Below are positions 9,061 through 18,280 of a stretch of DNA of 64,000 nucleotides, one piece after another. The translations under genes were made by a program, and so were the position numbers. Every line of letters begins with the position of its first letter. The first letter of the stretch is position 1. The notes under the pieces were generated by a model. The model saw only the letters and a list, made by a program, of their open reading frames with translations. It did no database searches and had not been told where the DNA came from. The DNA comes from Chloroflexota bacterium (GTDB taxonomy: Bacteria; Chloroflexota; UBA11872; VXOZ01), in contig OY760183.1 of NCBI GenBank assembly GCA_963663275.1, positions 896,001 through 960,000 of the forward strand, in the 5' to 3' direction.

Positions 9061-10353
9061 TTATGGCTCGTCAATAAGTGCCTCTCCGCGCCAGACCAGC
9101 GGCTCGCCGGTTTCAGCGTCGACAGTCCCTTCTAGCTTGGGCGGTTTCTTGGGGTCTGCGCGCGCTCCATCTAACTGCATCTGTGTCAGGTTCTTTACTT
9201 CTCCAAGATACGCACCGGATAGATTCGCTCCCATGGAGGCTGGTCTAATCAAAATCGCCCCATCATGCCCGCGGGGAAAGTGTTGCCCTCCAAAGTACGC
9301 GCCACACAGGTTTACTGCCGCAAGATTTGCGCAAGACATGTCCACTCCCGCAAGATTCGCGCTCGCTAGGTTCGCTCTTCCTAGATTTGCGTTAGGCAGA
9401 ATTGCATCCTCAAGCACAGTACGGGACATGTCCGCACCTACGAGGTGCACGTCGGACATATTTGCACTTTCGAGTTCCGCGCGAGACAGGTTAGCATCTG
9501 CGATAAATGCCCCAGACAGATTCGCTCTCTTGAATTGGGCACCAGACAGATCCGTACCCCAACTCCAGATTTCCATGCCTCTGAGGTCGGCATAGCTAAA
9601 GTCTAACTCAAACTCGGCTTCCCTTTCGAGCGCAACACTCGTCTCTTTGCGGACAGCGATCGCCTGCATGACAGCTTGGACATCCTCCCGCAGTGAGAGC
9701 GTTTCTTCAGACGGATCTCCTTTCGCGTTCGCTGTGCTTTTTCTATAGACTTCCTTGGGTGGATGGCGCACGAACGCGCAGAAGAGTCGCATAATCTGGA
9801 TATGGTACTGCTCGGGGTGTTCCTCGGCGAGACGTCGCAGCGCGTAGATGCCGCCTAAGCGTACTGAAAGGACATCATTGCCGAGCATTTCGGCACCCCT
9901 TTGGTAGCGGTCATTCAGTAGGTCCTGCTCCGCAGTCTTAGCCTGTCGCCCTGCGACCCAACTGCGCCAAACAGCGATTAGCAAGGCGACGAAACCTGCG
10001 AACAACAACCCGACATTGCGAAGCGTCGAAGAGTTGGTTTCCTGCCGATCCTGTCCGTTTGGTACGGCGCCCAACCAATCCCAGTACTTGAAAGTGAGCC
10101 AGATAATGACCAAGACAGCGGCTGCAATGAACAGCCACGCGAACCGCCGCAGTGCTTTCCAAGCTAGGGGCAGAACACGAAGACCCCACCGTTTGCCGTG
10201 TCGCCAGTGACCAACAAACTCTGTCCAACCAATACGTATCCAACGCGCTCTAGCCTGGACAAGGGCGAAGACATGCAGAATCCACAGTTTACTACGACGC
10301 CAACGCGCAACGAGCGCTGTCCAGACTCTTCGTATCCAGGTGAATCGGCTCAA
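9061..10353 (-). CDS. Membrane-anchored pentapeptide-repeat protein
   Basis: Two TM segments, RLGGIYALRRLA...LFCAFVR domain, then A(N/D)LSxA repeats. Confidence 0.9.
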   Translation of the reverse strand: MSRFTWIRRVWTALVARWRRSKLWILHVFALVQARARWIRIGWTEFVGHWRHGKRWGLRVLPLAWKALRRFAWLFIAAAVLVIIWLTFKYWDWLGAVPNGQDRQETNSSTLRNVGLLFAGFVALLIAVWRSWVAGRQAKTAEQDLLNDRYQRGAEMLGNDVLSVRLGGIYALRRLAEEHPEQYHIQIMRLFCAFVRHPPKEVYRKSTANAKGDPSEETLSLREDVQAVMQAIAVRKETSVALEREAEFELDFSYADLRGMEIWSWGTDLSGAQFKRANLSGAFIADANLSRAELESANMSDVHLVGADMSRTVLEDAILPNANLGRANLASANLAGVDMSCANLAAVNLCGAYFGGQHFPRGHDGAILIRPASMGANLSGAYLGEVKNLTQMQLDGARADPKKPPKLEGTVDAETGEPLVWRGEALIDEP

Positions 10354-10377
10354 TCCTCACCTCGCTGTGTCACCATC

Positions 10378-10477
10378 AGTATTGTCCCGATGCGTCTGGC
10401 GATTTCGGTGACGTGTTGCACCTCTTCCGGGGGTGAGGGGGGGCAGTGGAGGATGGTGTGTTCGCGGTAGGAGGGCC
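10378..10477 (-). pseudogene. Degenerate duplicate of the 3' end of the R-M gene (11577..11673)
   Basis: Translates SYREHTILHCPPSPPEEVQHVTEIARRIGTIL versus SYREHPILNRPLTPEEVQHFTDTARRIAAIL; the DNA is directly alignable. Confidence 0.85.
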
Positions 10478-10594
10478 GAATTTGAGCGGCGTGGCGAGTG
10501 CTAAACAAGTCGAATGCTGTCTGGCACCGTAGCAAGGGGGGCATGGCAACTCACCTGACTTGCCAGTGGCAGCCTTGGGGGGACCTTTGAGGGG

Positions 10595-11029
10595 TCAATT
10601 GGCGCTTACTTCAACCTTTTCCTCTGCTGTTTCTTCAGCCTGAAGTACTTGGACAACCGGATCCCCCTCTTTCACGTAGCTATCTTTCTCTTCTGGGTGC
10701 TCCCAGTCTCTTTCCTCTCTCCTAAGCGGCAGGTACTTCTCTCTCCATGCCAGTGGCATAAGCGATTCAGAGAAACTGAAGCCGCGTCTCTCTGTACTTG
10801 TAGAGGCGAGAGCCAGCTTTTCCTGCACTCTCGTCACGCGCACTCTCACTTTTGGACGTCGAATAGACCCCAACCACTCACCAGTGTCGGGGTCACTAAT
10901 GTCTTCACTCTTCGCGTCCAGGACGTCAAAGTACATGCCGACTTCAACGCCATCATTCATTCCCACATTTAGTGCGACTTCCCGCGTATTGAGCACCCGC
11001 GCGACTTTCCCACGAATCTGGTCAGCCAT
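10595..11029 (-). CDS. Hypothetical protein resembling the FlgT C-terminal beta domain
   Basis: VALNVGMNDGVEVGMYFDV...DPDTGEWLG...VRVTRVQEKLA pattern. Confidence 0.6.
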   Translation of the reverse strand: MADQIRGKVARVLNTREVALNVGMNDGVEVGMYFDVLDAKSEDISDPDTGEWLGSIRRPKVRVRVTRVQEKLALASTSTERRGFSFSESLMPLAWREKYLPLRREERDWEHPEEKDSYVKEGDPVVQVLQAEETAEEKVEVSAN

Positions 11030-11032
11030 ATA

Positions 11033-11479
11033 CTACCCCTCCTGCTCATCAGGCGGACGATCGATAGTTCGTGTAAGCTCTGTCACGGAATCCGGCACCA
11101 CGTCTTGCCAATCTGCCAATGCGTCGTCCGCAGTGGAGATGTGTTCGACCACGATCGCCTCGATTATCTTCAGCTTCACTGCGTCATCCTCAGTGCCTAC
11201 TATGGTCTCAGCAACCCGCGACAATCCGTCATACAAAGAACGAAGGCGTCGAAATGCGGAGCGCGCATGTGGCTCGATCATCTCTCTCGCGGCAGCCCTG
11301 GCCGATTGACGACCGAAGATGAAAGAACCGGTGAGTCCCGTGGCTAGAGCAAAGATCTGAAAGAGGGCATTTTCCAAGTTGGTCAGTGTACGTGATGATG
11401 CCAGAAAGACAAAGACAAAAGCTACGGCTACGCTTACCACGACGAGCACTAGTGGCCCAAAGCGTTCAAGGTACTTCAT
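11033..11479 (-). CDS. Two-TM hypothetical membrane protein
   Basis: Two N-terminal hydrophobic helices and a helical soluble tail; ends 3 bp before the downstream gene. Confidence 0.7.
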   Translation of the reverse strand: MKYLERFGPLVLVVVSVAVAFVFVFLASSRTLTNLENALFQIFALATGLTGSFIFGRQSARAAAREMIEPHARSAFRRLRSLYDGLSRVAETIVGTEDDAVKLKIIEAIVVEHISTADDALADWQDVVPDSVTELTRTIDRPPDEQEG

Positions 11480-11554
11480 ACTCTATCATCGATTCCAATC
11501 AACATGCCCGCTCCTTCCAAGGCTTCTCCTGATGTAGTTCCGCACACCATATCT

Positions 11555-14500
11555 TCAGACTGAACACGTTAATCCTAGTATAGCGGCAATGCGCCTGGCG
11601 GTGTCGGTGAAGTGTTGGACTTCTTCCGGGGTGAGGGGGCGGTTGAGGATGGGGTGTTCGCGGTAGGAGAGCCATTTTTTGAGGACTTGGTAGCCGCCGA
11701 GTTTGTATTGCCAGACGTTGGCGGGGACGTTTTGCCAGTAGGCGCGGTCGTTGAGGTAGATGTCGTAGGTGGTTGCGCCGAGGGTGGTGATGGTGTTTTC
11801 AAGGTCGGGCGTGGGTGGCGCGGCGGGACTTGCGGGCGCTGGCGATTGCGCCGAACCGGCGGGGTTTGCTGGATTCCGGCGCAAGCCGGAATGACCGGAA
11901 CGCGCGGGGTCGCTCACGGCACGCTGGAAAGCCTCGCGTTCTTTGGCGGTGTAGGCGCGTTCGACGGCGCGGCCTTGGCCGGGCATGACGGCTTCGCCGG
12001 CGCCGTAGTGGCCCCAGCCGGCGGTGAGGGCGAAGTCGTCGCCGGTCATGTTGCCATCGTCGGTGGTGGCGGGCACGGCGATTGCGATAATCTCGGGACG
12101 CAACGGGGCGGTGGTGACGCCGGGCACGGGGGTGTCGGAGTCGAGGAGGTGGGCCAGTTGGCGGCCGCTGGCGGCGGAGGCGGCCAGGGTTTGCGCGGCG
12201 ACGGACGGATGGGTTCCCGTTTTCGCGGGAGCGATGGAGGGGTCCGCGCCGGGCGCGCCCGCGTTGACCGGATTGTCGGCGGGGTCTGCCGGCGTGTCGG
12301 ACGGATGGGTTCCCGTTTTCACGGGAACGACGGAGAAATCTGCCGCGTCAGCCGGGGTCTGGATTCCGGCCTGCGCCGGAATGACGGATGGGTCCGCGGC
12401 GGGCGCGTCCGCGTGTGCCGTGGCCGTAGGGGCGGTTCGCGAACCGCCCCTACCGGTGGGGGACGCCGCGGCGAGTTCGGGCCAGCCGGGGAGCGGGATG
12501 CGCGGCCACTCCATGCGCAGCGCGCCGGCGTTGGCCCGGCGGTAGGCGGGGTCGTGGAGAACGGCGAGCGTGTGGTAGAAGAGGTCTTCCACGTCTAGGC
12601 CGAGACGTTCGAGGTAGCGTTGCGCGGCAGGCGAGAGGTTGGGGACGTATTGCGCGCCGGTCTCGTCGGCTCCCAAGCCGGTCTCGTGGATCCAGACGGG
12701 AAGATAGGCGGTACTGCCGTCCATGTGGTTGATGTCTCCCATGTTCGTGGCTACCAGTGGGGGTGACCACTCCCGACGCTGCTTTTGAGGAGTTACCAGC
12801 CACAGGTTGCCTTCAAACACATGGGGCTTGTATTCAGCACGCGGACGATTGAGCAAACCGCTATCCGCCTCCCAGTACAACCAGCGGTTGTCGAATGGCC
12901 GATAGGCGAATTCGATAAAGCCGGTCTCAATTGGGCCACGACGTATGAGCAGTTTGTCGCGTGTTGACTGAGCATCAAAATGCTGCATGCTCTTCATGAT
13001 GACCGGGTAGCGCCGGGCGATCTCCTCGTGATTTAGACCCACGTCAAAGTAATCGGCAATCCGTTCTCTGAGTTGGTCGAGATCTGTATGGGTAAGAAAC
13101 CTGTCGCGGCTGGTATTGACCCCTGGAAACGATGTGGGAAACAGATCGGTCAGCGCGGGCCAGTTGAACCAATCTTCGCTGACCGCCGTAGGCGCAAAGG
13201 GCAGGCCCAGCGGCAAGAGCGGCGCAACTGTGTCATAGAGCGTATTCGGTTCCGCCGCCGCCGTTTCCAGCAACTCTTGAGGCTTGGCCTGGCCCCAGAG
13301 GTGGCGGAAGCCGACCTGCTTGCTGGGCTGGTGGTCGGCCTTGCGCACCAATGTTGTGATGGCGGTGCCGACCTGGATGCCCACCGGGTCCTCCGGCGTG
13401 GAGAAGATGCTGGGGTCGGGCGCGCCCTGCGGCGTGGTCTTGCCGGTCTTGTACTTATCGCCGTTCAGGCAGTCGATGCGAATCGCGTCGAACGCCTCCA
13501 GGTAGCGTTCCCTCATGCCCGTAAACGAAAGGCCGTCGAGCCAGGAGTAGTTGGAGATGAAGCAGACGACGCCCTGGCCGGTTTTCTCGGCGATGCGGCG
13601 TTCGGCCATGCGGAAGAAGCGGACGTAGAGGTCGTTCAGCCCCTGGCCTTCGGGACGGCGCACGCGCCGGGTCGCGCGGTACGCGGTGGAAAGTTCCCGT
13701 TCCTCGTCCACGGCCATACCGGCGTAGCCGTTGTAGGGCGGGTTGCCCAGCACCACCAGGATGGGCTTCTCCTGTTTCACCGCATTGGCCCGTTCGCGCT
13801 CCTCTTCCAGTTCCGGGAACGGCAGCGCCTTCCAGCCGGACGGCTCCCAGCCGGTGAGGGCGTTGGTGAGGAAGATGCCGGCGCGCTCGCTGCTGCCCGC
13901 CGTCGCGCCGCCGGCTGAGGGGGCGTCATCGGCCAGGGGCGCGTCCAGGGCTTGCAGGGTGAGGCCGACCTGGAGGTGGGCCACCACGAACGGCGCGGGC
14001 ATGATCTCGAAGCCGAAGACCCGCGAGGTGGCGGCCTGTTTCACCCGCGCGCCGGTGAGCGCGCCCAGGCCGCGGCCGCGCAGATTGTCCGCGATGCGGC
14101 GCAGGGTTTCCGCCAGGTACGCGCCGGTGCCGCAGCAGGGATCCAGCACGTAGACGTTCTCCGCCGCCAGGCCGTCAGCGATGCCCAGGTCGTCTTTCAG
14201 CGCCTTATCCACCCGCGCCACCATGTAGCGCACCACTTCGACGGGCGTGTACCAGACGCCCAGTTGCTTGCGCAGGGCGGGATCGAAGGCTTCCAGAAAC
14301 GGCTCGTAGAAGTAGGGCACGGCCTCGCCCTCGCTGAAGCGGCTGAAGAAAGCGTCACGGTCCACCCGGTCCAGCGCGGCGGCGGTCCAATCGAGCACTT
14401 CCACCAAGCCCAGCGGTTGCAGGCGGCCGGGATCGGAAATCTGCTGGAAGAGCGCCCGCAACACCGGCGCGCGCAGATGCCAGACGGCGGTGCGCCAATC

Positions 14501-15409
14501 GAATTGTCTCCCTGCCGGCGGCGGCAGCGCCCGCGACCACAAGACCCAGGCGGAGAAGACGCCGTAGAAGAGCGTCTGCACAAGGGTAGACCGGAAGAAG
14601 GCCGCGCCGCGCGCGCCTTGAAAGCGGACGCCGAGGGCTTCTTCCAGGGCTCCGCGCACCGCGGTCAGGGAGGGCGTGTCGCCGGCCGCTTCCACCCGCG
14701 CCAGGCCGTCGCGGGCGTACGAGGCCAGCAGCCACGCCAGGTCGCGCGGCTCGGCCAGCGCCGCCCGGTGGGAGAGCGCGCGGCAGAGATATTCGCCCAA
14801 TCCCGCGCCGGCCGCGCGGGCAAAGGCGCGGGGCTTTTGCAGCTTTTCCGCAAATTCGGCGGCGCTCGCCGCAAGGCGAAACGTCTCCAGCTTGGCGGGA
14901 TTGCCCTGGGCGTCTTCGCCCAGCAGCACGAAATCGCGGTAGTTGGTCACGAGCACCAGCCGGTAGCGATTCCAATAGCGGCTCACCTGGGCGCTCTCGG
15001 CGGTGAGCCAGGCGTCGTCATCGATAGGTTTGACCTCCACCACGCCGCGTTCGGGCAAGGGGGCGGCAGGCGGATGTGCTCCCGCCGTGGGATGTGGGGA
15101 AGATGGATTCCCGTTTTCACGGGAATGACGGACCCGGCGCGTTGTATTTTCCGGGTAACGGCGGTCGGCACGCCCGCTCCGTTGCCCTTGCTTGGCAGTG
15201 TAAAGGCCGAAGTCGGGATGCCCGGCGCCCTGGTCGACCATGTCGCTGACACAGTGCACCTTGGGCTTGAGCGCGGCGCCGACGGCGTTCAGCAGTTCCG
15301 CCAACGGCGGGTAGAGCGAGCGCTCGTCCGTCGCCCCGCCGGTGGCGCGAATCCGGCGCAACGCGGCAAAATAGGTCTCAACGGCGGTGATGAGTTTCGC
15401 GGTGTTCAT
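11555..15409 (-). CDS. Single-polypeptide R-M enzyme (type IIG/ISP-like): PD-(D/E)xK nuclease + N6-adenine MTase + specificity domain
   Basis: HPDFG...VVEVK nuclease motif, GVWYTP, LDPCCGTGAY (motif I), GNPPY (motif IV), YRPFDNRWLY, C-terminal YKLGGYQVLKKWLSYR; no helicase motifs. Confidence 0.9.
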   Translation of the reverse strand: MNTAKLITAVETYFAALRRIRATGGATDERSLYPPLAELLNAVGAALKPKVHCVSDMVDQGAGHPDFGLYTAKQGQRSGRADRRYPENTTRRVRHSRENGNPSSPHPTAGAHPPAAPLPERGVVEVKPIDDDAWLTAESAQVSRYWNRYRLVLVTNYRDFVLLGEDAQGNPAKLETFRLAASAAEFAEKLQKPRAFARAAGAGLGEYLCRALSHRAALAEPRDLAWLLASYARDGLARVEAAGDTPSLTAVRGALEEALGVRFQGARGAAFFRSTLVQTLFYGVFSAWVLWSRALPPPAGRQFDWRTAVWHLRAPVLRALFQQISDPGRLQPLGLVEVLDWTAAALDRVDRDAFFSRFSEGEAVPYFYEPFLEAFDPALRKQLGVWYTPVEVVRYMVARVDKALKDDLGIADGLAAENVYVLDPCCGTGAYLAETLRRIADNLRGRGLGALTGARVKQAATSRVFGFEIMPAPFVVAHLQVGLTLQALDAPLADDAPSAGGATAGSSERAGIFLTNALTGWEPSGWKALPFPELEEERERANAVKQEKPILVVLGNPPYNGYAGMAVDEERELSTAYRATRRVRRPEGQGLNDLYVRFFRMAERRIAEKTGQGVVCFISNYSWLDGLSFTGMRERYLEAFDAIRIDCLNGDKYKTGKTTPQGAPDPSIFSTPEDPVGIQVGTAITTLVRKADHQPSKQVGFRHLWGQAKPQELLETAAAEPNTLYDTVAPLLPLGLPFAPTAVSEDWFNWPALTDLFPTSFPGVNTSRDRFLTHTDLDQLRERIADYFDVGLNHEEIARRYPVIMKSMQHFDAQSTRDKLLIRRGPIETGFIEFAYRPFDNRWLYWEADSGLLNRPRAEYKPHVFEGNLWLVTPQKQRREWSPPLVATNMGDINHMDGSTAYLPVWIHETGLGADETGAQYVPNLSPAAQRYLERLGLDVEDLFYHTLAVLHDPAYRRANAGALRMEWPRIPLPGWPELAAASPTGRGGSRTAPTATAHADAPAADPSVIPAQAGIQTPADAADFSVVPVKTGTHPSDTPADPADNPVNAGAPGADPSIAPAKTGTHPSVAAQTLAASAASGRQLAHLLDSDTPVPGVTTAPLRPEIIAIAVPATTDDGNMTGDDFALTAGWGHYGAGEAVMPGQGRAVERAYTAKEREAFQRAVSDPARSGHSGLRRNPANPAGSAQSPAPASPAAPPTPDLENTITTLGATTYDIYLNDRAYWQNVPANVWQYKLGGYQVLKKWLSYREHPILNRPLTPEEVQHFTDTARRIAAILGLTCSV

Positions 15410-15635
15410 AGGCTTTGCCCAGGCACGGTGACGCTCCGATTGCTGCGGCTATCCCATACGCACGTATTGTACAGCGATATCCACGTTTGCGGCGCGGTTT
15501 GGCGCTATGTGGTATAGATTAGATTGGTTTGGCGGTTGCGCATGGGGCCGGCATTGCGGTTGATAGGTTGGCCGGTTCCGGGGCGCGGCTTAAACGAAGC
15601 AATGGTGAAGCGCACAATCAAGGAGAAGGAGTCTC

Positions 15636-16577
15636 ATGAAACTGGTTACGTACGCGCAGGATAGCGGCCCGCGGGCGGGTCTGCTGGACGGAGATCAGGT
15701 GTACGATTTGCAGGACGCCGCCGACGCTTTCACGGCCCAGGCCGGCGCGGTGGGGGCAAAGCTGCCCAACGACGTGCGCGCGTTGCTGGAGATGGGCGAC
15801 GTCGGTCTGGCTCAGGCGCGGCGCGTGCTGGGCTTTGCGCAGGAGCAGGGCGGCGGCGCGCCCTTTGCCCTCGGCGCGGGAGACGTGACGCTGCTGCCGC
15901 CCATTCCGCGGCCGGATAAGGTGCTGTGCCTGGCCGGCAACTTTGCCGACCACATTCGCGAGGGCGGCGACGAGCCGCCGGAAAAGGCGCACCAGACGCC
16001 CCGCTACTTCTGGAAGCCCAACTCGGTGCTGGTGGGGCACGAGCAGCCGGTGCGGCTCTGGGAGTTGTCGGCCAGCGTGGATTGGGAACTGGAACTGGCA
16101 GTGGTGATCGGCAAAGGGGGGCGGGACATTGCCGCCGCCGACGCGCCGGGCCACATTGCCGGTTACACCATCTTCAACGACATTTCGTCCCGCGAACTCG
16201 ATCTGCCGTGGGAGCGGGAAGAGCGCGAGATGGACGACTATTTCGACTGGCTGAACGGCAAGTGGTTCGATACCCACGGCCCCATGGGACCGTACATCGC
16301 TACGGCGGACGAGATTCCCGATCCCCATGACCTGGCGATGTCGCTCAGCGTGAACGGCATCGAACGGCAGCGGGGCAATACGGGCCAGATGATCTTCAAC
16401 TGCTTCGAGTTGGTGGAGTGGATCACGCGCATCGTGACGCTGGCGCCGGGCGACGTGATTTCCACCGGCACGCCCGCGGGCGTGGGCGCGGCGGCCGGAG
16501 CCTCCCTGGAGGACGGGGACGTGATCGAGGCGACGATCGAGCGGCTGGGGACGCTGCGCAATCCGGTGCAGGGGTGA
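15636..16577 (+). CDS. Fumarylacetoacetate hydrolase family protein
   Basis: DWELELAVVIGK, NDISSR, GKWFDT and GDVISTGTPAGVG motifs. Confidence 0.92.
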   Translation: MKLVTYAQDSGPRAGLLDGDQVYDLQDAADAFTAQAGAVGAKLPNDVRALLEMGDVGLAQARRVLGFAQEQGGGAPFALGAGDVTLLPPIPRPDKVLCLAGNFADHIREGGDEPPEKAHQTPRYFWKPNSVLVGHEQPVRLWELSASVDWELELAVVIGKGGRDIAAADAPGHIAGYTIFNDISSRELDLPWEREEREMDDYFDWLNGKWFDTHGPMGPYIATADEIPDPHDLAMSLSVNGIERQRGNTGQMIFNCFELVEWITRIVTLAPGDVISTGTPAGVGAAAGASLEDGDVIEATIERLGTLRNPVQG

Positions 16578-16655
16578 GCAGACACGATGGGGCGTGGCGG
16601 GTGGTAGAATGGAATCAAGGCAACCCGGTAGTTTGGAAAGCGAGCGTGAACCCTC

Positions 16656-17831
16656 ATGGGCGTACGGCGGTGGTGGCGGCTTGTTCTGGCCGGTGTGTTG
16701 CTGGCGCTGTCCCTTAGCGCCTGCGCGCCGAGCCTACCGTTCTTCTCCGGCGACGACGCCGGCGTCCAGGAGCTATTGGACCGCGGCCTGGAAGCCTTGC
16801 AGAAGGGCGACCTGGAAGCGGCAATGGAGATCTACAACGAGGCCGTTGACAAGTATCCCAATGAGTCGCATCCCTACCACCAGCGGGCCATCGTCCACAC
16901 GCAGACCGGCGACATCGAGAACGCGCTGCGGGATATAGATCGTTCCATCGAGCGCGATCCGGAGGATGCCGGCCACATCTTCTTCCGGGCCAGGATCTAC
17001 CTGAACATCGGCAACCTCCAGGGCGCGATGGACGACCTATCGCGGGTGATCGAGCTCGATCCAGCTATCGTGGACGCCTATTTGCTGCGCGCCTCGCTCT
17101 TCTACGCGCAGAACCGCATGAACGAGGCGCTGGCCGACGTGGGCACGGCGATCTCCCTGCGCCCCAGCGACCCGGAACTCTACTTCCGCCGCGCCAGCCT
17201 CCGCTTGACGCTGAACGACTATCCGGGCGCCATGGAGGACTTGAACGAGGCGATTGGGATCAACGCTGAGTACGCCGAGGCATACTACGTGCGGGGGCTG
17301 CTGCAGCTTTGGCAGGACGAGCCGGAGGGGGCGCTGGCCGATCTGAGCAAGACGGTGGAACTGGCGCCGGACCAGCCGCAGCCCTACGTGGCCCGGGCGG
17401 GCGTCTACCAGCAGTTGGAACGCTACGATGAGGCGCTGGTAGACCTGCAACAGGCGATCAACATTTCGCCGCAGAGTCCGGATCCGTACGCGGCCCGGGC
17501 CGAGGTCTACCGCGACATGGGCCAACTGGCCCGGGCGTTGGACGACGCGAACCGCGCCATCGACCTGGGACAGGACGACCCGCGCTACCTGTTGACGCGC
17601 GCGTCGGTTCTGGCCGACCAGGAGAATACGACCCAGGCGCTGCGCGACCTGGATCGAGCGGTGGAACTGGACCCGGGCTTTGCGCTGGCCCTGCTGCAAC
17701 GCGGCGAGATCCACGAGAAGCTGGGCAATAAGGATAAGGCGATCGAGGACTTCACTCGCGTGCTGGCTATTCCGGCCTCGGAAGAGATGCTGGAACAGGC
17801 GCGCGCGGCGCTGGAACGCCTGCGGGACTAA
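16656..17831 (+). CDS. TPR-repeat lipoprotein
   Basis: LSAC lipobox; tandem 34-aa TPR units. Confidence 0.9.
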   Translation: MGVRRWWRLVLAGVLLALSLSACAPSLPFFSGDDAGVQELLDRGLEALQKGDLEAAMEIYNEAVDKYPNESHPYHQRAIVHTQTGDIENALRDIDRSIERDPEDAGHIFFRARIYLNIGNLQGAMDDLSRVIELDPAIVDAYLLRASLFYAQNRMNEALADVGTAISLRPSDPELYFRRASLRLTLNDYPGAMEDLNEAIGINAEYAEAYYVRGLLQLWQDEPEGALADLSKTVELAPDQPQPYVARAGVYQQLERYDEALVDLQQAINISPQSPDPYAARAEVYRDMGQLARALDDANRAIDLGQDDPRYLLTRASVLADQENTTQALRDLDRAVELDPGFALALLQRGEIHEKLGNKDKAIEDFTRVLAIPASEEMLEQARAALERLRD

Positions 17832-17849
17832 GCATACGCACACGCCGGG

Positions 17850-18100
17850 CCGTTCATCCTTCGACAGGCTCAGGTCGAACGGGTAGTCCGCTGGGACGAA
17901 CGGGAAGTACGCCTGGATGAACGGGAAATCCGCTAGGACGAATAGGAAGTTCGCTGGGATGAACGGGTAGTCCGCGCCTGCGGCGTGCCCGTTTTCAGCC
18001 CTGTCTGCAGAAACCGTTCGCGCTGAGCCCGTCGAAGCGCGTCGCGAAAGGCATTCCCGCGCCCCCCGTTCATCCTTCGACAGGCTCAGGACGAACGGGG
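17850..18100. repeat. REP-like CTTCGACAGGCTCAG/CTGAGCCCGTCGAAG elements with ~20-bp tandem units
   Basis: CCGTTCATCCTTCGACAGGCTCAGG occurs twice; several CGCTGGGACGAACGGGAAGT-like units; a related copy lies near 53370. Confidence 0.7.
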
Positions 18101-18154
18101 GACAGGCTCGCGGCGGAACGGTAATCCAAAAGCGCAGGGTTCTTCTAACGCAAA

Positions 18155-18280
18155 GCCGGTTCGTCCTGTCACACTGCCGGTTCGCTCTGCCGCACCGCCG
18201 AATCTTTCTGCCGCACTGCCGGTTCGTGCTGTCACAAAGCCGGCTGGTCCTATCTCACGGCCGGTTCGTCCTGCCACAAC
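18155..18280. repeat. Degenerate 21-bp tandem repeat (~6 units)
   Basis: GCCGGTTCGTCCTGTCACACT-like units; the last overlaps the stop of the O-antigen ligase-like gene. Confidence 0.7.

Noticed and set aside
10378-11673. Diversity-generating retroelement TR/VR pair
   Set aside because: Differences are not adenine-specific, include indels, and there is no reverse transcriptase in the window.
7767-15500. Classical tRNA-integrated island or prophage
   Set aside because: No integrase, no duplicated tRNA 3' end (attR) and no phage genes visible.
13952-15517. Long antisense ORFs over GC-rich genes (also 6360..7370, 51898..53226, 53831..55414)
   Set aside because: Expected shadow ORFs in high-GC DNA opposite well-supported genes.
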